Positions 37,121-46,391 of a stretch of 64,000 nucleotides of DNA are shown here, piece by piece. Made by a program: the position numbers and the translations under genes. Numbering within the stretch: position 1 is the stretch's first letter; each line of letters opens with the position of its first letter. The stretch covers positions 320,001-384,000 of the forward strand of contig CAXXXF010000006.1 in the NCBI GenBank assembly GCA_963667175.2, written 5' to 3'. The notes under the pieces were generated by a model that made no database searches, was not told where the DNA came from, and saw only the letters and a list, made by a program, of their open reading frames with translations. The stretch is from Candidatus Latescibacterota bacterium. GTDB lineage: Bacteria > Latescibacterota > UBA2968 > GCA-2709665.

Positions 37121-39934
37121 TTGAAAGAACCTCGAATGGTGAACGACTGGCTCGAAACCTGGCACGGTGAATTCGATATCCCTGAAATGCAGGACCCGGG
37201 CCGATGGCGCCGATACCGGTCTCGCGTCCGCCATCCCGCAACCATCTTCTCACCGGAGGACATCGACCGCGCCCGGGAAAACGTCTCCCGGCACCCATGG
37301 GCCCGAAAGGCCCTGGAGACGCTTCTGGAGAGAGTCGACGCTGCCGGGGCGGTTTCCCGGGTGTGGGCGCGGACGTACGTGCCGTCAACGACACCCTATT
37401 CGCCCCATTTCACCATGTGTCCGAAGTGCGAGTTCGCGCCCATGCACGGCGCATACGACTGGAGTCCGGACGATCCTGCGCACATTCGATGCAAGGGTTG
37501 CGGCGCCGTGTATCCCAACGACGATTATCCGGAAGACGTGGTTTTCGAAAGTCGCTTCGACCCCCGGCAGAAAATCACGCTCTACGGCGGAAAGTCCTGG
37601 CAGGCCTATGGATATGCCGCCATCCGCTCCAGCTTTTCCGGCCATGCCCGCATCCACCGGTGCCGGCACGCCGCCAATACCGCCGAAGACCTGGCGCTGG
37701 CCTACGCCCTGACGGGAGAAAGGGAGTACGCGACGGGCGCCGCTCTGGTCCTGAAGCGGTTTGCGGACGTCCATCCCAAGTATCTCGTACATTCCTCGTA
37801 CGGCGACATCGCGGATCTGGATCCGAAGATCGCCGCCACCCGGGTCGACAATCTGCCCGAAGACGAGTGGTGCCCGCCGGGAAACCGGCCGAACCGGAAG
37901 CTCCATCCCGGATACTGGGCCGTACTGCGCTGGGGCTCCTCCGGAGGGATGGAAGGCGCCTCCCTCCAAAAACTCATCCTCGCCTACGACCTGGTCGCCG
38001 AAACCCTGTCTGACGCGGAAAAACGGCATATCGAGCACGACCTGCTGCTCGACGCGGCCGTGATGCTCTTCTCGGACAACGTCATCAACAACAAGACCGG
38101 AATGAACCGATGCGCCGTGGGCCTGATCGGAATCGTCTGCGGCGATCCGCTGCTGATCCGGTTCGGCCTCGACGGCTTTGTGAGGGCCGTGCGAGACTGG
38201 TGGCTGCCCGACGGCGGAACGCCTGAATCCATCGGGTACGCAGGAATGATGCTCTCCGGCATCTGGCGTCTCGCCGAAGCCCTCAGGCGCTATTCGGATC
38301 CGGATGGCGCCGGTTACCCGCCCGCGCAGCTGCATCGAGTAGACCTCTACAGCTGGCCGCGCTACCGTGCGGTCTGGCAGAACATGGCCCGTCCGCTCCT
38401 TCCGGATCTGGACTATCCGCTGCTGGCCGACAACCGGCTGCCCTGTCACCTCTCCGCCATGTTCGCCGACGTCCTCGCGCGCAATTACCCGTCCGAAAAC
38501 CACCGCATGCTTCAACGCGATATCGCGAAGACGGACCGCTGCTATGCCGGCCGAATCGCACAGTTCTGGTACGGCGGCAACCTGGACACGTCCGCCGCCT
38601 TCTACCGACGGCCCGTTTCACTGCCCGATCAGCCGCCCCGGTTCGCAGACGACCTGGGTCCCCACCTGAACGTCGGAACCCAGCGCACGGGGCGCAGGGG
38701 AAACGGCGCCGCGGTCATCCTTAACGGCGCAGACTTCAAAGGGCATCACCATCACGACCATCTCAATCTCTACTACTGGAAAGACCGGCGTGAACTGCTC
38801 ACCGATCTCGGCTATCTGTGGGACATGGAGGAACTCCGCTACGGCGTCAATCGCACCTTCGCGCACAATCTGGTCGTCGTGGACGGCAAGGAACAGATGA
38901 CGCGCGGCCGCCGTGCGACCTTTCACCTCTTTTCGGCATGTCCGCGGGCGAAGGTGATGGAGGCTTCGTCAAACGTCTACCCGGGCGCCTCGATCTACCG
39001 GCGGACCATCGCCACCGTCGGCAGCGGTCCGGGCGAGTACGTCGTGGATATCTTTCGCGTCAGGGGAGGCGAAAGACACGATTGGGTCATGCACGGACCG
39101 GACCGATCCATCGCGCTTTCCGGCATACGGACCAGGCCGGCAGACGAGGAAATTTACGATCTCACGCGGGTCCGGGCGGGCCGATCCGTGTCCCCCTGGT
39201 CGGCCGCGTGGACGCCCGGCAGCCGGAAGCCATTCCGTGTGCACGTCCCGGCGCACGAAGCCGAACAGGTCTATATCGGTCAGGGATTCGGCCAGCGCAA
39301 AGCCCGCGACAGGGGCGCCACCGTACCGTACATCGTGCGGCGTCGAGTCATCGGCGACAGCACCTTTGTTACGGTATATGCCGATGGTGAAGCCGTCACG
39401 TCCGTGCGCATCCTCTACCTGAACCCGGCCACCATGGCGACAGTCGTTGAGGTCGCAACGAACACGGGGAGGGATCTGTTGATCAGTGCAGGAGACGGAC
39501 AGACCCCGGAAACCGTCGAGCGACAGGATCCCGCCCTGCGTTTCAATGGCCGTTTCGGTTTGATTTCAGCGGGAGCCGCCTGGCTGGTGGGGGGCGCCTG
39601 TCTGCAACAGGGCGAAATCACACTCGGGAACGACTTCCCGGCGCAGTCGGGCCCGGTCCTGGAAACACGCATTGCCGAAAGGGAATCCGGCCTGGTGACC
39701 ACTGGCGACGCGAGCAGGTTGCGCCGTTTGGAGGGCGGTTACATCTTCGTGACCGACAGCCGGCGGATGGTCCGCGCTTACCCCGTTCTCGCGCTCGCCG
39801 AGTCCCGGGGTCATCCCATGCTGGTCACCCGACGCGGCGACAGGGGTTACGATATCCGCGCCGGCGAGACGTGGACGGCCTGGACGGAGACGTTCCGGAC
39901 ATTGAGAAGGACCGCGGAAACCTGTGTGACTTGA
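37121..39934 (+). CDS. Heparinase II/III-family polysaccharide lyase-like protein
   Basis: LALAYALTG..YA, DGGTPESIGY, GHHHHDHLN, DLGY, AHNLVVVDG. N-terminal CPKC...CKGC. Confidence 0.82.
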   Translation: MKEPRMVNDWLETWHGEFDIPEMQDPGRWRRYRSRVRHPATIFSPEDIDRARENVSRHPWARKALETLLERVDAAGAVSRVWARTYVPSTTPYSPHFTMCPKCEFAPMHGAYDWSPDDPAHIRCKGCGAVYPNDDYPEDVVFESRFDPRQKITLYGGKSWQAYGYAAIRSSFSGHARIHRCRHAANTAEDLALAYALTGEREYATGAALVLKRFADVHPKYLVHSSYGDIADLDPKIAATRVDNLPEDEWCPPGNRPNRKLHPGYWAVLRWGSSGGMEGASLQKLILAYDLVAETLSDAEKRHIEHDLLLDAAVMLFSDNVINNKTGMNRCAVGLIGIVCGDPLLIRFGLDGFVRAVRDWWLPDGGTPESIGYAGMMLSGIWRLAEALRRYSDPDGAGYPPAQLHRVDLYSWPRYRAVWQNMARPLLPDLDYPLLADNRLPCHLSAMFADVLARNYPSENHRMLQRDIAKTDRCYAGRIAQFWYGGNLDTSAAFYRRPVSLPDQPPRFADDLGPHLNVGTQRTGRRGNGAAVILNGADFKGHHHHDHLNLYYWKDRRELLTDLGYLWDMEELRYGVNRTFAHNLVVVDGKEQMTRGRRATFHLFSACPRAKVMEASSNVYPGASIYRRTIATVGSGPGEYVVDIFRVRGGERHDWVMHGPDRSIALSGIRTRPADEEIYDLTRVRAGRSVSPWSAAWTPGSRKPFRVHVPAHEAEQVYIGQGFGQRKARDRGATVPYIVRRRVIGDSTFVTVYADGEAVTSVRILYLNPATMATVVEVATNTGRDLLISAGDGQTPETVERQDPALRFNGRFGLISAGAAWLVGGACLQQGEITLGNDFPAQSGPVLETRIAERESGLVTTGDASRLRRLEGGYIFVTDSRRMVRAYPVLALAESRGHPMLVTRRGDRGYDIRAGETWTAWTETFRTLRRTAETCVT

Positions 39935-40042
39935 AACACCGCTCGGCGCGACTTTCCGTATCGCGGAACTTCGAACGGTCCGATGCGTTTCAGAGTTATC
40001 CCTCTTCAGCGTTCCTCCAATTTTCCGCAGGAGGCCTCACCA

Positions 40043-40459
40043 ATGACCGGCACTTCACTTCGCGCCCTTGCGGCTGTTGTCTTTCTCCACGTTTTCGCGG
40101 AACCGACTTCGGGAGGTCCGCCCGCGTCCGCCGACTCATTAAAAATCAGGCCGCCGCAACGCCTGCAGGTTTTGCCCGGTCCGAATAACCTGAAAGGCCT
40201 GCGTCAGAGGCTGAATCGAAAACGGCTGATCGAGAAAGAAGAAGCAATAATCGCATTTATGCTCCGGAACCTGGCGGTCCGGCGTTCGCCGCTGGATAAC
40301 ATGCCCCTCGTGAACCCCGGCGCCGGGCTTGCGTACAACATGCCCATTGCGAGGCCGAACCCTCTCATAGACTACAAGATGCTCTTCCCTGGAACGCCGT
40401 CCCTCCCGGACACCAGGGCGCCGGTCCAGCCCGGCACCTGGCGATTCAAGCAAAAGTAA
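40043..40459 (+). CDS. Small secreted hypothetical protein
   Basis: RBS AGGAGG; signal peptide; Pro-rich tail with DNMP/YNMP/DYKM repeats; followed by a terminator. Confidence 0.6.
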   Translation: MTGTSLRALAAVVFLHVFAEPTSGGPPASADSLKIRPPQRLQVLPGPNNLKGLRQRLNRKRLIEKEEAIIAFMLRNLAVRRSPLDNMPLVNPGAGLAYNMPIARPNPLIDYKMLFPGTPSLPDTRAPVQPGTWRFKQK

Positions 40460-40474
40460 CGCGTCGGAATCCAG

Positions 40475-40506
40475 AAAGGGCTCCGGGTTTTTCCGGAGCC
40501 CTTTTT
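40475..40506 (+). terminator. Intrinsic terminator
   Basis: AAAGGGCTCCGG-loop-CCGGAGCCCTTTTT. Confidence 0.8.
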
Positions 40507-40598
40507 GCCGTCCGATTCAATCGCTTACCGGGCTGGACCGACCCGGAACGACCCTGGATCGCGTCGCATCCGGCGCTGCTGGTTGCAGAGAATTACGC

Positions 40599-40627
40599 TT
40601 GACACCCACATATCGCTTTTGTATTTT
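40599..40627 (+). promoter_or_regulatory. Sigma70 promoter of the tRNA gene
   Basis: TTGACA, 17 bp, TATTTT. Confidence 0.65.
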
Positions 40628-40682
40628 ACACGCTCTCGATACTGAACGATAATGATCTGTTTTTCATTGCTTTAGCGCTTTA

Positions 40683-40758
<76 letters not shown>

Positions 40759-40759
40759 C

Positions 40760-40807
40760 AAAGAGAAAAGGGCTGGTGTGATTCGATACACAAGCCCTTT
40801 TCTCTTT
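40760..40807. terminator. Bidirectional terminator between the tRNA and transaldolase genes
   Basis: AAAGAGAAAAGGGCT...AGCCCTTTTCTCTTT, 15-bp inverted repeat. Confidence 0.75.
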
Positions 40808-40842
40808 GTCGGCTGAATCTGTTGGCCAGGTGTCGCTGCGGA

Positions 40843-41511
40843 TCACACGATAACCGTCTCCCGCTGGTTTTCCTTCCACGCGTTCCAATCGTCCAAAAAG
40901 CGCTCCAGACCGTCATCCGTCAGTGGATGCGCCAGCAGTTTCTTCAACACGTCCGGCGGCAACGTGGACACATCCGCCCCGTAGCGGGCGGCATCGATGA
41001 CATGCAGGGGGTGCCGCAAGCTGGCCGCAAGGACCTCGGTCCCGAATCCATAGTTGTCGTAAATCTGTCGTATGGTCTTGATCAACTCCATGCCGACGTG
41101 CCCGATATCGTCCAGGCGTCCGAGAAAAGGGCTGATGTAGGACGCACCGGCCTTCGCGGCCAGAAGCGCCTGATTCGCGGAAAAGCACAGTGTAACGTTG
41201 GTTCTGATCGCTTCATCGCTGCAGGCCTTGATCGCCTTCAGGCCGTCCAGCGTTATCGGGACCTTGACCACCACGTTGTCGTGGATGCTCGCAAGATGGC
41301 GTGCTTCCTGGAGCATCAATCTCCACTCGGTACTCACGACCTCGGCGCTGACCGGCCCGTCCACCAGCTCGCAGATTTCCAGTACGATCTGCTCAAACGC
41401 GCCTTCTTCCTTTGAAATATGCGTCGGATTGGTTGTCACACCATCCAGCACCCCCATCTCGTTGGCCTCACGTATCTCATCCAGATTGGCCGTGTCGATA
41501 AAAAACTTCAT
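40843..41511 (-). CDS. tal: Transaldolase (TalC/MipB type)
   Basis: FIDTAN, GVTTNPT, VSAEV (Glu), VVKVP (Schiff-base Lys), TLCFS (Phe, the transaldolase rather than FSA signature), SPFLGR, LAASLR. Confidence 0.93.
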   Translation of the reverse strand: MKFFIDTANLDEIREANEMGVLDGVTTNPTHISKEEGAFEQIVLEICELVDGPVSAEVVSTEWRLMLQEARHLASIHDNVVVKVPITLDGLKAIKACSDEAIRTNVTLCFSANQALLAAKAGASYISPFLGRLDDIGHVGMELIKTIRQIYDNYGFGTEVLAASLRHPLHVIDAARYGADVSTLPPDVLKKLLAHPLTDDGLERFLDDWNAWKENQRETVIV

Positions 41512-41629
41512 CGCTCGCCCTCCTGCGGTAGGGTTGTCGAGGGAGACGGATCCTGTTGTGAAATCGGGGAATCGTCGGGTGATTGGCTGAAAAAGCCCGT
41601 CAATGTACGAGGCTTCGGGTCTCAGTGAC

Positions 41630-42673
41630 TCAAAATGCTCTATCTACCAGAAAACTGCACATCTCGCGCATCGTTTCCCTGGCCTCGGAAGGAGGAATCT
41701 CGTTCAGATGCGCTTCGGCGGCGGTCGCCCATTCACGGCACGCGTCTTCGGCGCGTTCAATGGAACCGTAGTGGTTCATCAGTGAAATTGTCCGCTCGAC
41801 CTCATCGATCCGCGTCTCGGATCGGTCCCGATTCAGAATGTCCCGCACCCACGCCTGTTCATCCGGGGAACATCTGTGAAAGAGGTCGATCACCATCAGT
41901 GTCCGCTTGCCTTCGGCGATGTCTCCGCCGCGTTCCTTGCCGTACCCGCCCGAAGTCGTCGCGGGAGCCTGATGCGCATCTTCGGCCCGTACGGTCAGGT
42001 TCAGCAGATCGTCTTTGATCTGAAACGCCACTGCCATTCGCTCGCCAAACGCGCCCACGGCCCGCTGGCGATCGGGAGACGCGCCGGCGACGATGGCGCC
42101 CGCCGTGCAGGGCCCCCTCCCGCTGTACCAGCCCGTTTTCAGACGCAGCATTTCCAGAAAATTCTCAACTCCGGGGATCTCGCCCGACTCGATCCATCCG
42201 ATATCGTATGCCTGTCCTTCGAATGTACGCTGGGCACCGTGAAGCATCTCCTGAATCAGGTCGAGCGCCACCGCGTCGCCGAGGATCTCCCGGTTGGTGG
42301 CGAGTATTTCGAATACCTTCGAATGCAGCGCGTCGCCCGCATTGACGCTCAGCGGCACACCGTGGAGATGGTGAAGACACGGTTTGCCTCTGCGCATTTC
42401 GGAACCGTCTTCGATGTCGTCGTGAACCAGTGCGAAAGACTGGAACATCTCAAACGCCGCTGCCGTCCTCAAGGCCCTGTGGACGTCACCTCCCAGGCCC
42501 TCGCACGCCAGCAGCACCAGCACCGAGCGAAATCGCTTTCCGCCCCGAATCGGATAGTCCCGCATGGGTTCGTACAGATAGCCGAGTGGCTCGGCCTGAG
42601 GCAGGAACTTGAATAGTTCCCCGTCGATGAGAGGCACATAGGAATCGAGATAGCTCTTCAGGCGGTCGTTCAC
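41630..42673 (-). CDS. Polyprenyl diphosphate synthase (short-chain GGPP/FPP type)
   Basis: [58 protein letters not shown]. Confidence 0.92.
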   Translation of the reverse strand: MNDRLKSYLDSYVPLIDGELFKFLPQAEPLGYLYEPMRDYPIRGGKRFRSVLVLLACEGLGGDVHRALRTAAAFEMFQSFALVHDDIEDGSEMRRGKPCLHHLHGVPLSVNAGDALHSKVFEILATNREILGDAVALDLIQEMLHGAQRTFEGQAYDIGWIESGEIPGVENFLEMLRLKTGWYSGRGPCTAGAIVAGASPDRQRAVGAFGERMAVAFQIKDDLLNLTVRAEDAHQAPATTSGGYGKERGGDIAEGKRTLMVIDLFHRCSPDEQAWVRDILNRDRSETRIDEVERTISLMNHYGSIERAEDACREWATAAEAHLNEIPPSEARETMREMCSFLVDRAF

Positions 42674-42995
42674 CTGCCGCTCCCTCGCGCGCTTCCCCGT
42701 CGTGTCGAATCCATGTCAACCTCGGGCGGCCGATCCGCGTGGGATAACGCCGCTTGCGTACTCAATGCCATGAACGGCAATTTCAGACGTCCAGGGGACA
42801 GACCCGATGCCGGAAAGCACCGGTTCGGGATTAATCGTTGAGAAGGAGTATTGCCAGGGAAGGAGGAGGTCGGGGAAGACTGTGCAAGAAAATATAGCGA
42901 CAAGCATGAATGCGGTCAACTGTTTTTGCATTCGATGGCGCGCCGTCCGCCGATTGCGCGCACGGACAGGTATCGGACCCGCCGGCGCGCCGTCG

Positions 42996-43931
42996 TTACC
43001 AGCGGTAGGCATCGAAGACGATTCTCAAATCCCGCCTCGCCTTCAGATAGTCCGAGTACGGCTTCCGGCTCCGGTTATCCACGCATCGCAGAAAATCCCG
43101 GGTCATCTCCCGATATCCCATCAGATCCGATATGCCGGGTACGTAAAGCCGGCAACCTTCATGAGCCTTCTGCAGGACATACAGGCCATTGCTCTCAAAT
43201 ACGATCTGTCCGTGCGTACCGTGAATGCGGGAGTGCTGAAAGGCGCCTTTCGTGCGGCTCTTCGTGTTCCAGGAATACCATATTTCAGCCTTTACGTCGC
43301 CGGGATAGGTCAATTCGGTTACCGATGACCGTTCCGGTTCTCCCTTTCGGCGTCCGGGAAAGCGCCCGACGACGCGTTCCGGCGCACAATCGAACATCGC
43401 GGAAATCAACGCGACAAAGTGGATACCGCCTTCGAGCAACGCGCCGTACTTTCGTTTCCAGCCGAATGTCGCCTGCGTGAACGTCTTTTTCACCTGTACC
43501 GACCTGATGTCTCCGATCCGGCGCTTCCCGGTCAAGGCCTTGATTCTCCTGAGCAATGGCTTGTAATAATAGTTTTCGGCCACCATCAGCAACGCGCCCG
43601 GATGCATGGCCAGTGCTGCGCCGACCTCATCCACCTCCTCCGGAGAAACGCACATGGGTTTTTCAACCATCACTGCCTTTCCCGCTGACAGAGCGCGGAT
43701 CACCTGATCTTTGTGATACGCGGGAGGGGATGCGATCACCACCGCGTCGAGGCCGGGCGATGCCAGCGCCTCATCCAGACGACTGAAGATGCCGCTGCCG
43801 CGAAAGTCAATATTGAATCGGCGTGCACTATCTTCGGAACGGCTGCAGAAAAACAGCTCGGCGGCGCCCGCCAGATTCTTCGCGTGCAGCCTTGCAATGG
43901 TCCCGCAGCCGACCAGACAGATTTTTTTCAT
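42996..43931 (-). CDS. Gfo/Idh/MocA family oxidoreductase
   Basis: ICLVGCGTIA, ASPPAYH, VEKP, AENY, GALLEGGIH. Start ATG 43931. Confidence 0.88.
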   Translation of the reverse strand: MKKICLVGCGTIARLHAKNLAGAAELFFCSRSEDSARRFNIDFRGSGIFSRLDEALASPGLDAVVIASPPAYHKDQVIRALSAGKAVMVEKPMCVSPEEVDEVGAALAMHPGALLMVAENYYYKPLLRRIKALTGKRRIGDIRSVQVKKTFTQATFGWKRKYGALLEGGIHFVALISAMFDCAPERVVGRFPGRRKGEPERSSVTELTYPGDVKAEIWYSWNTKSRTKGAFQHSRIHGTHGQIVFESNGLYVLQKAHEGCRLYVPGISDLMGYREMTRDFLRCVDNRSRKPYSDYLKARRDLRIVFDAYRW

Positions 43932-44049
43932 ATTCCGGATTCCAGGGGAGGGGCGCCAGCGCCCTGCGAGCCGGGCGACTCGACGCCTGCCTGCCGCGAC
44001 GCACGCGGCGCTGGCAGGGCCGAATTCAGGCGATTTGTTTCCTGGACAG

Positions 44050-45546
44050 CTAGCGAAATTCCGCGTCAATGACGTCCGTCACCCTCAGCGCGTTGGCTGC
44101 GATGGTAAGGCTCGGATTCACCCCTCCCGACGTGGGCATGAAGCTGCCGTCGAGGACAAACAGATTGTCGATGCCGCGAAACCTGCAGAATTCATCCAGA
44201 ACGCTGTCTTCGGCGCGGCTACCGAAACGCAGCGACCCCACCGCGTGAGAGAACGTCTCCAGTTTGTATACGCGACGGAACAGGCCTCCCGCCTGCTTCA
44301 AGATGCGTTTGGCCCTGTCTGTCAGATATTCCCTGCGGAGGCGGTCTCCGTCCGAATAACGATGTACGACACCCGTAACCGAAATTCCGTAATCGTCCCG
44401 GCGGGCGGTCAGATGCACGCGATTTTCATATTGCGGCTCATCTTCCGCGATGCAAAGCAGATTCTGTACGTACTGCGCCACAAATGCGGACAGATTTCCG
44501 TATCCGAAGGGCGCGTAATGCTTCAGCACCTCCGGGGCGGGCGTGTAAATGTCCTGGATCGTACCCACCGAGGTGCCCGATCGACCCCTCATGTCTTCGT
44601 AGAAGTCCGTAAAGCACAACTGCTTGTGAAATGTACGGTCGGGATTGGTCCTGAACGGAAAGAGACCGGTGACGACTGCGTTGCAATGCCGCATCAGAAA
44701 TCGCCCCACCAGCCGGTGGTTGCCGAATCGCTCCAGGCCGGAACGCAACAGAATCGCCGGGCTCTGCAGGGCGCCTGCGCTGAGAATCACGATTTTTGCA
44801 TTGAAGTTCACCGCCCGTCCTGACGTCCCGTCGAGACATCGGACCCGTACCACCCTTCCGTTCCGGGCCTCCAGCTGCAGTACGATCATCCCGGGCATGA
44901 CAGTCAGGTCGAATGCCTGGGCTTTTTCCAGAAGTGTCATGGCCACGTCGTTCTTGGCTTCGATGCGGCACGGAAATCCATCGCATGTCGAACATCGGAT
45001 ACACAGCGGCCGCTCATTGTTCGTGAAATTGAGTGCGAGCGGTATCTTGAAGGGACGGTGGCCGAGCGCATTCCCGGCTTTGTATATCCGCTTCGCCGGA
45101 GCCGTGAGTTCGATCCCGCCGAATCGATAGTCCCCGGATCTCGACGGTTCATGCATATCCGCCCCCGCCAGACCATGTACCTCCAGCAGATGCTCAGCCT
45201 GCGTATAGTACGGCTCCATTGAGGCGTAATCGATCGGCCAACTTGAGAAATCCTTCTCACGCAACCGAAGCGACGCCCCACCGTAAAATACCGACATGCC
45301 GCCGACCGCTTCATTCGGATAGACGGATTGATGGCCTCCGTCACCTTCTACCTGTACCGGTGAGCGGCTTCGGTACCGTTGATCGATGAGGATCCCGCGC
45401 GGGCTCCAGTCCAGAGCATCCCGCTTTACCCACCCGCCGCGTTCCAGGAGCAGCGTCCGGAAACCCGCCCGGCTGAGCGCATAGGCCGCGGCGCCGCCGC
45501 CGAGACCCGACCCGATCACGATGGCTTCATAGGGTCGTGAGTTCAT
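44050..45546 (-). CDS. GMC family FAD oxidoreductase
   Basis: VIGSGLGG, VGGMSVFYG, CIRCSTCDGFPC, SAGALQSP, HAVGSLRFG, SGGVNPSLTIAANA. Confidence 0.92.
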   Translation of the reverse strand: MNSRPYEAIVIGSGLGGGAAAYALSRAGFRTLLLERGGWVKRDALDWSPRGILIDQRYRSRSPVQVEGDGGHQSVYPNEAVGGMSVFYGGASLRLREKDFSSWPIDYASMEPYYTQAEHLLEVHGLAGADMHEPSRSGDYRFGGIELTAPAKRIYKAGNALGHRPFKIPLALNFTNNERPLCIRCSTCDGFPCRIEAKNDVAMTLLEKAQAFDLTVMPGMIVLQLEARNGRVVRVRCLDGTSGRAVNFNAKIVILSAGALQSPAILLRSGLERFGNHRLVGRFLMRHCNAVVTGLFPFRTNPDRTFHKQLCFTDFYEDMRGRSGTSVGTIQDIYTPAPEVLKHYAPFGYGNLSAFVAQYVQNLLCIAEDEPQYENRVHLTARRDDYGISVTGVVHRYSDGDRLRREYLTDRAKRILKQAGGLFRRVYKLETFSHAVGSLRFGSRAEDSVLDEFCRFRGIDNLFVLDGSFMPTSGGVNPSLTIAANALRVTDVIDAEFR

Positions 45547-46327
45547 AGGCGTACAGGATCATCAATCCAATGATTATGATCCAGGCCATATAGTGGTATT
45601 TTTCGCGTGTCTCGATGTAGCGTGTAATCCGAGGCAGATCCGGCCGGAACTTGCCGGACATCGTGCGCTGCACGTAGGTCTTGTAATATTCAACCAGAAA
45701 CCGCTCCAGTCCGCCGTACATGAATATCAGATACCCGAGTGGCACGGGCGCTTCCGGATTGTTCGAAAAGAAAAACAGTGGAGAACAGATGGCCAGCACC
45801 GCTGCAGAACGAAGGAATTTCAGGGGGGCGAATCCTTCAAAGGGGGCGTCCTTATATGCGCCGCCCAGAGAAACCAGCATTCCCGTCGAAAAGGCGACCA
45901 CCGCGAACACCGGAAAGTCCACGATCGGCATTGAGAGAAACAGCAGGGCAAAGACCCCGGACACCAGAACGACGCCGGAGAAGAGGCGCAGCGGTTCGCT
46001 GGTAACCGGCCGGCCGAAGAACGTAATTCTGGAGGGCACGGCGTATTTTGACTGATCTTCCGCTCTGAAGAATCCCTTGTACAGCTCCGCGAGGAACCGT
46101 TCCAGGCCCATGACGGCGAAGAAAACCTGGAAAAGGCTTAGACTCCGAAAACTCTCCTGGAAGGCGGGCAGACCGTAGAGCGCAACGAAGATGACGGCAT
46201 GGAAGTAGATGCTGCGGGGAAAGGTTGGCAGTTTCAGACCTTCATAGGGTGAGTCCTTGAAGGCGCCCCACAGCGACGTGTACAGACCTGAAATCAAGCT
46301 CACGAGAAGCGAGATCCAAAAACTCAT
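45527..46327 (-). CDS. Unrecognised membrane protein with two internal repeats (GAxKDxPxEG...RS...GLERF.E.YK)
   Basis: Several TM helices; repeats WGAFKDSPYEG/GGAYKDAPFEG and GLERFLAELYK/GLERFLVEYYK; overlaps the GMC start. Confidence 0.8.
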   Translation of the reverse strand: MSFWISLLVSLISGLYTSLWGAFKDSPYEGLKLPTFPRSIYFHAVIFVALYGLPAFQESFRSLSLFQVFFAVMGLERFLAELYKGFFRAEDQSKYAVPSRITFFGRPVTSEPLRLFSGVVLVSGVFALLFLSMPIVDFPVFAVVAFSTGMLVSLGGAYKDAPFEGFAPLKFLRSAAVLAICSPLFFFSNNPEAPVPLGYLIFMYGGLERFLVEYYKTYVQRTMSGKFRPDLPRITRYIETREKYHYMAWIIIIGLMILYAYELTTL

Positions 46328-46391
46328 GGAATGGCGCCCCGGCGGCTGGCATCACAGGGGATAATCGAACGGAATCCCGCCTCGTGCCGGA

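Noticed and set aside
42716-43012. 98-aa minus-strand ORF between Gfo and the prenyl synthase
   Set aside because: No clear RBS or motif and several competing frames; treated as intergenic, though a small gene cannot be excluded.
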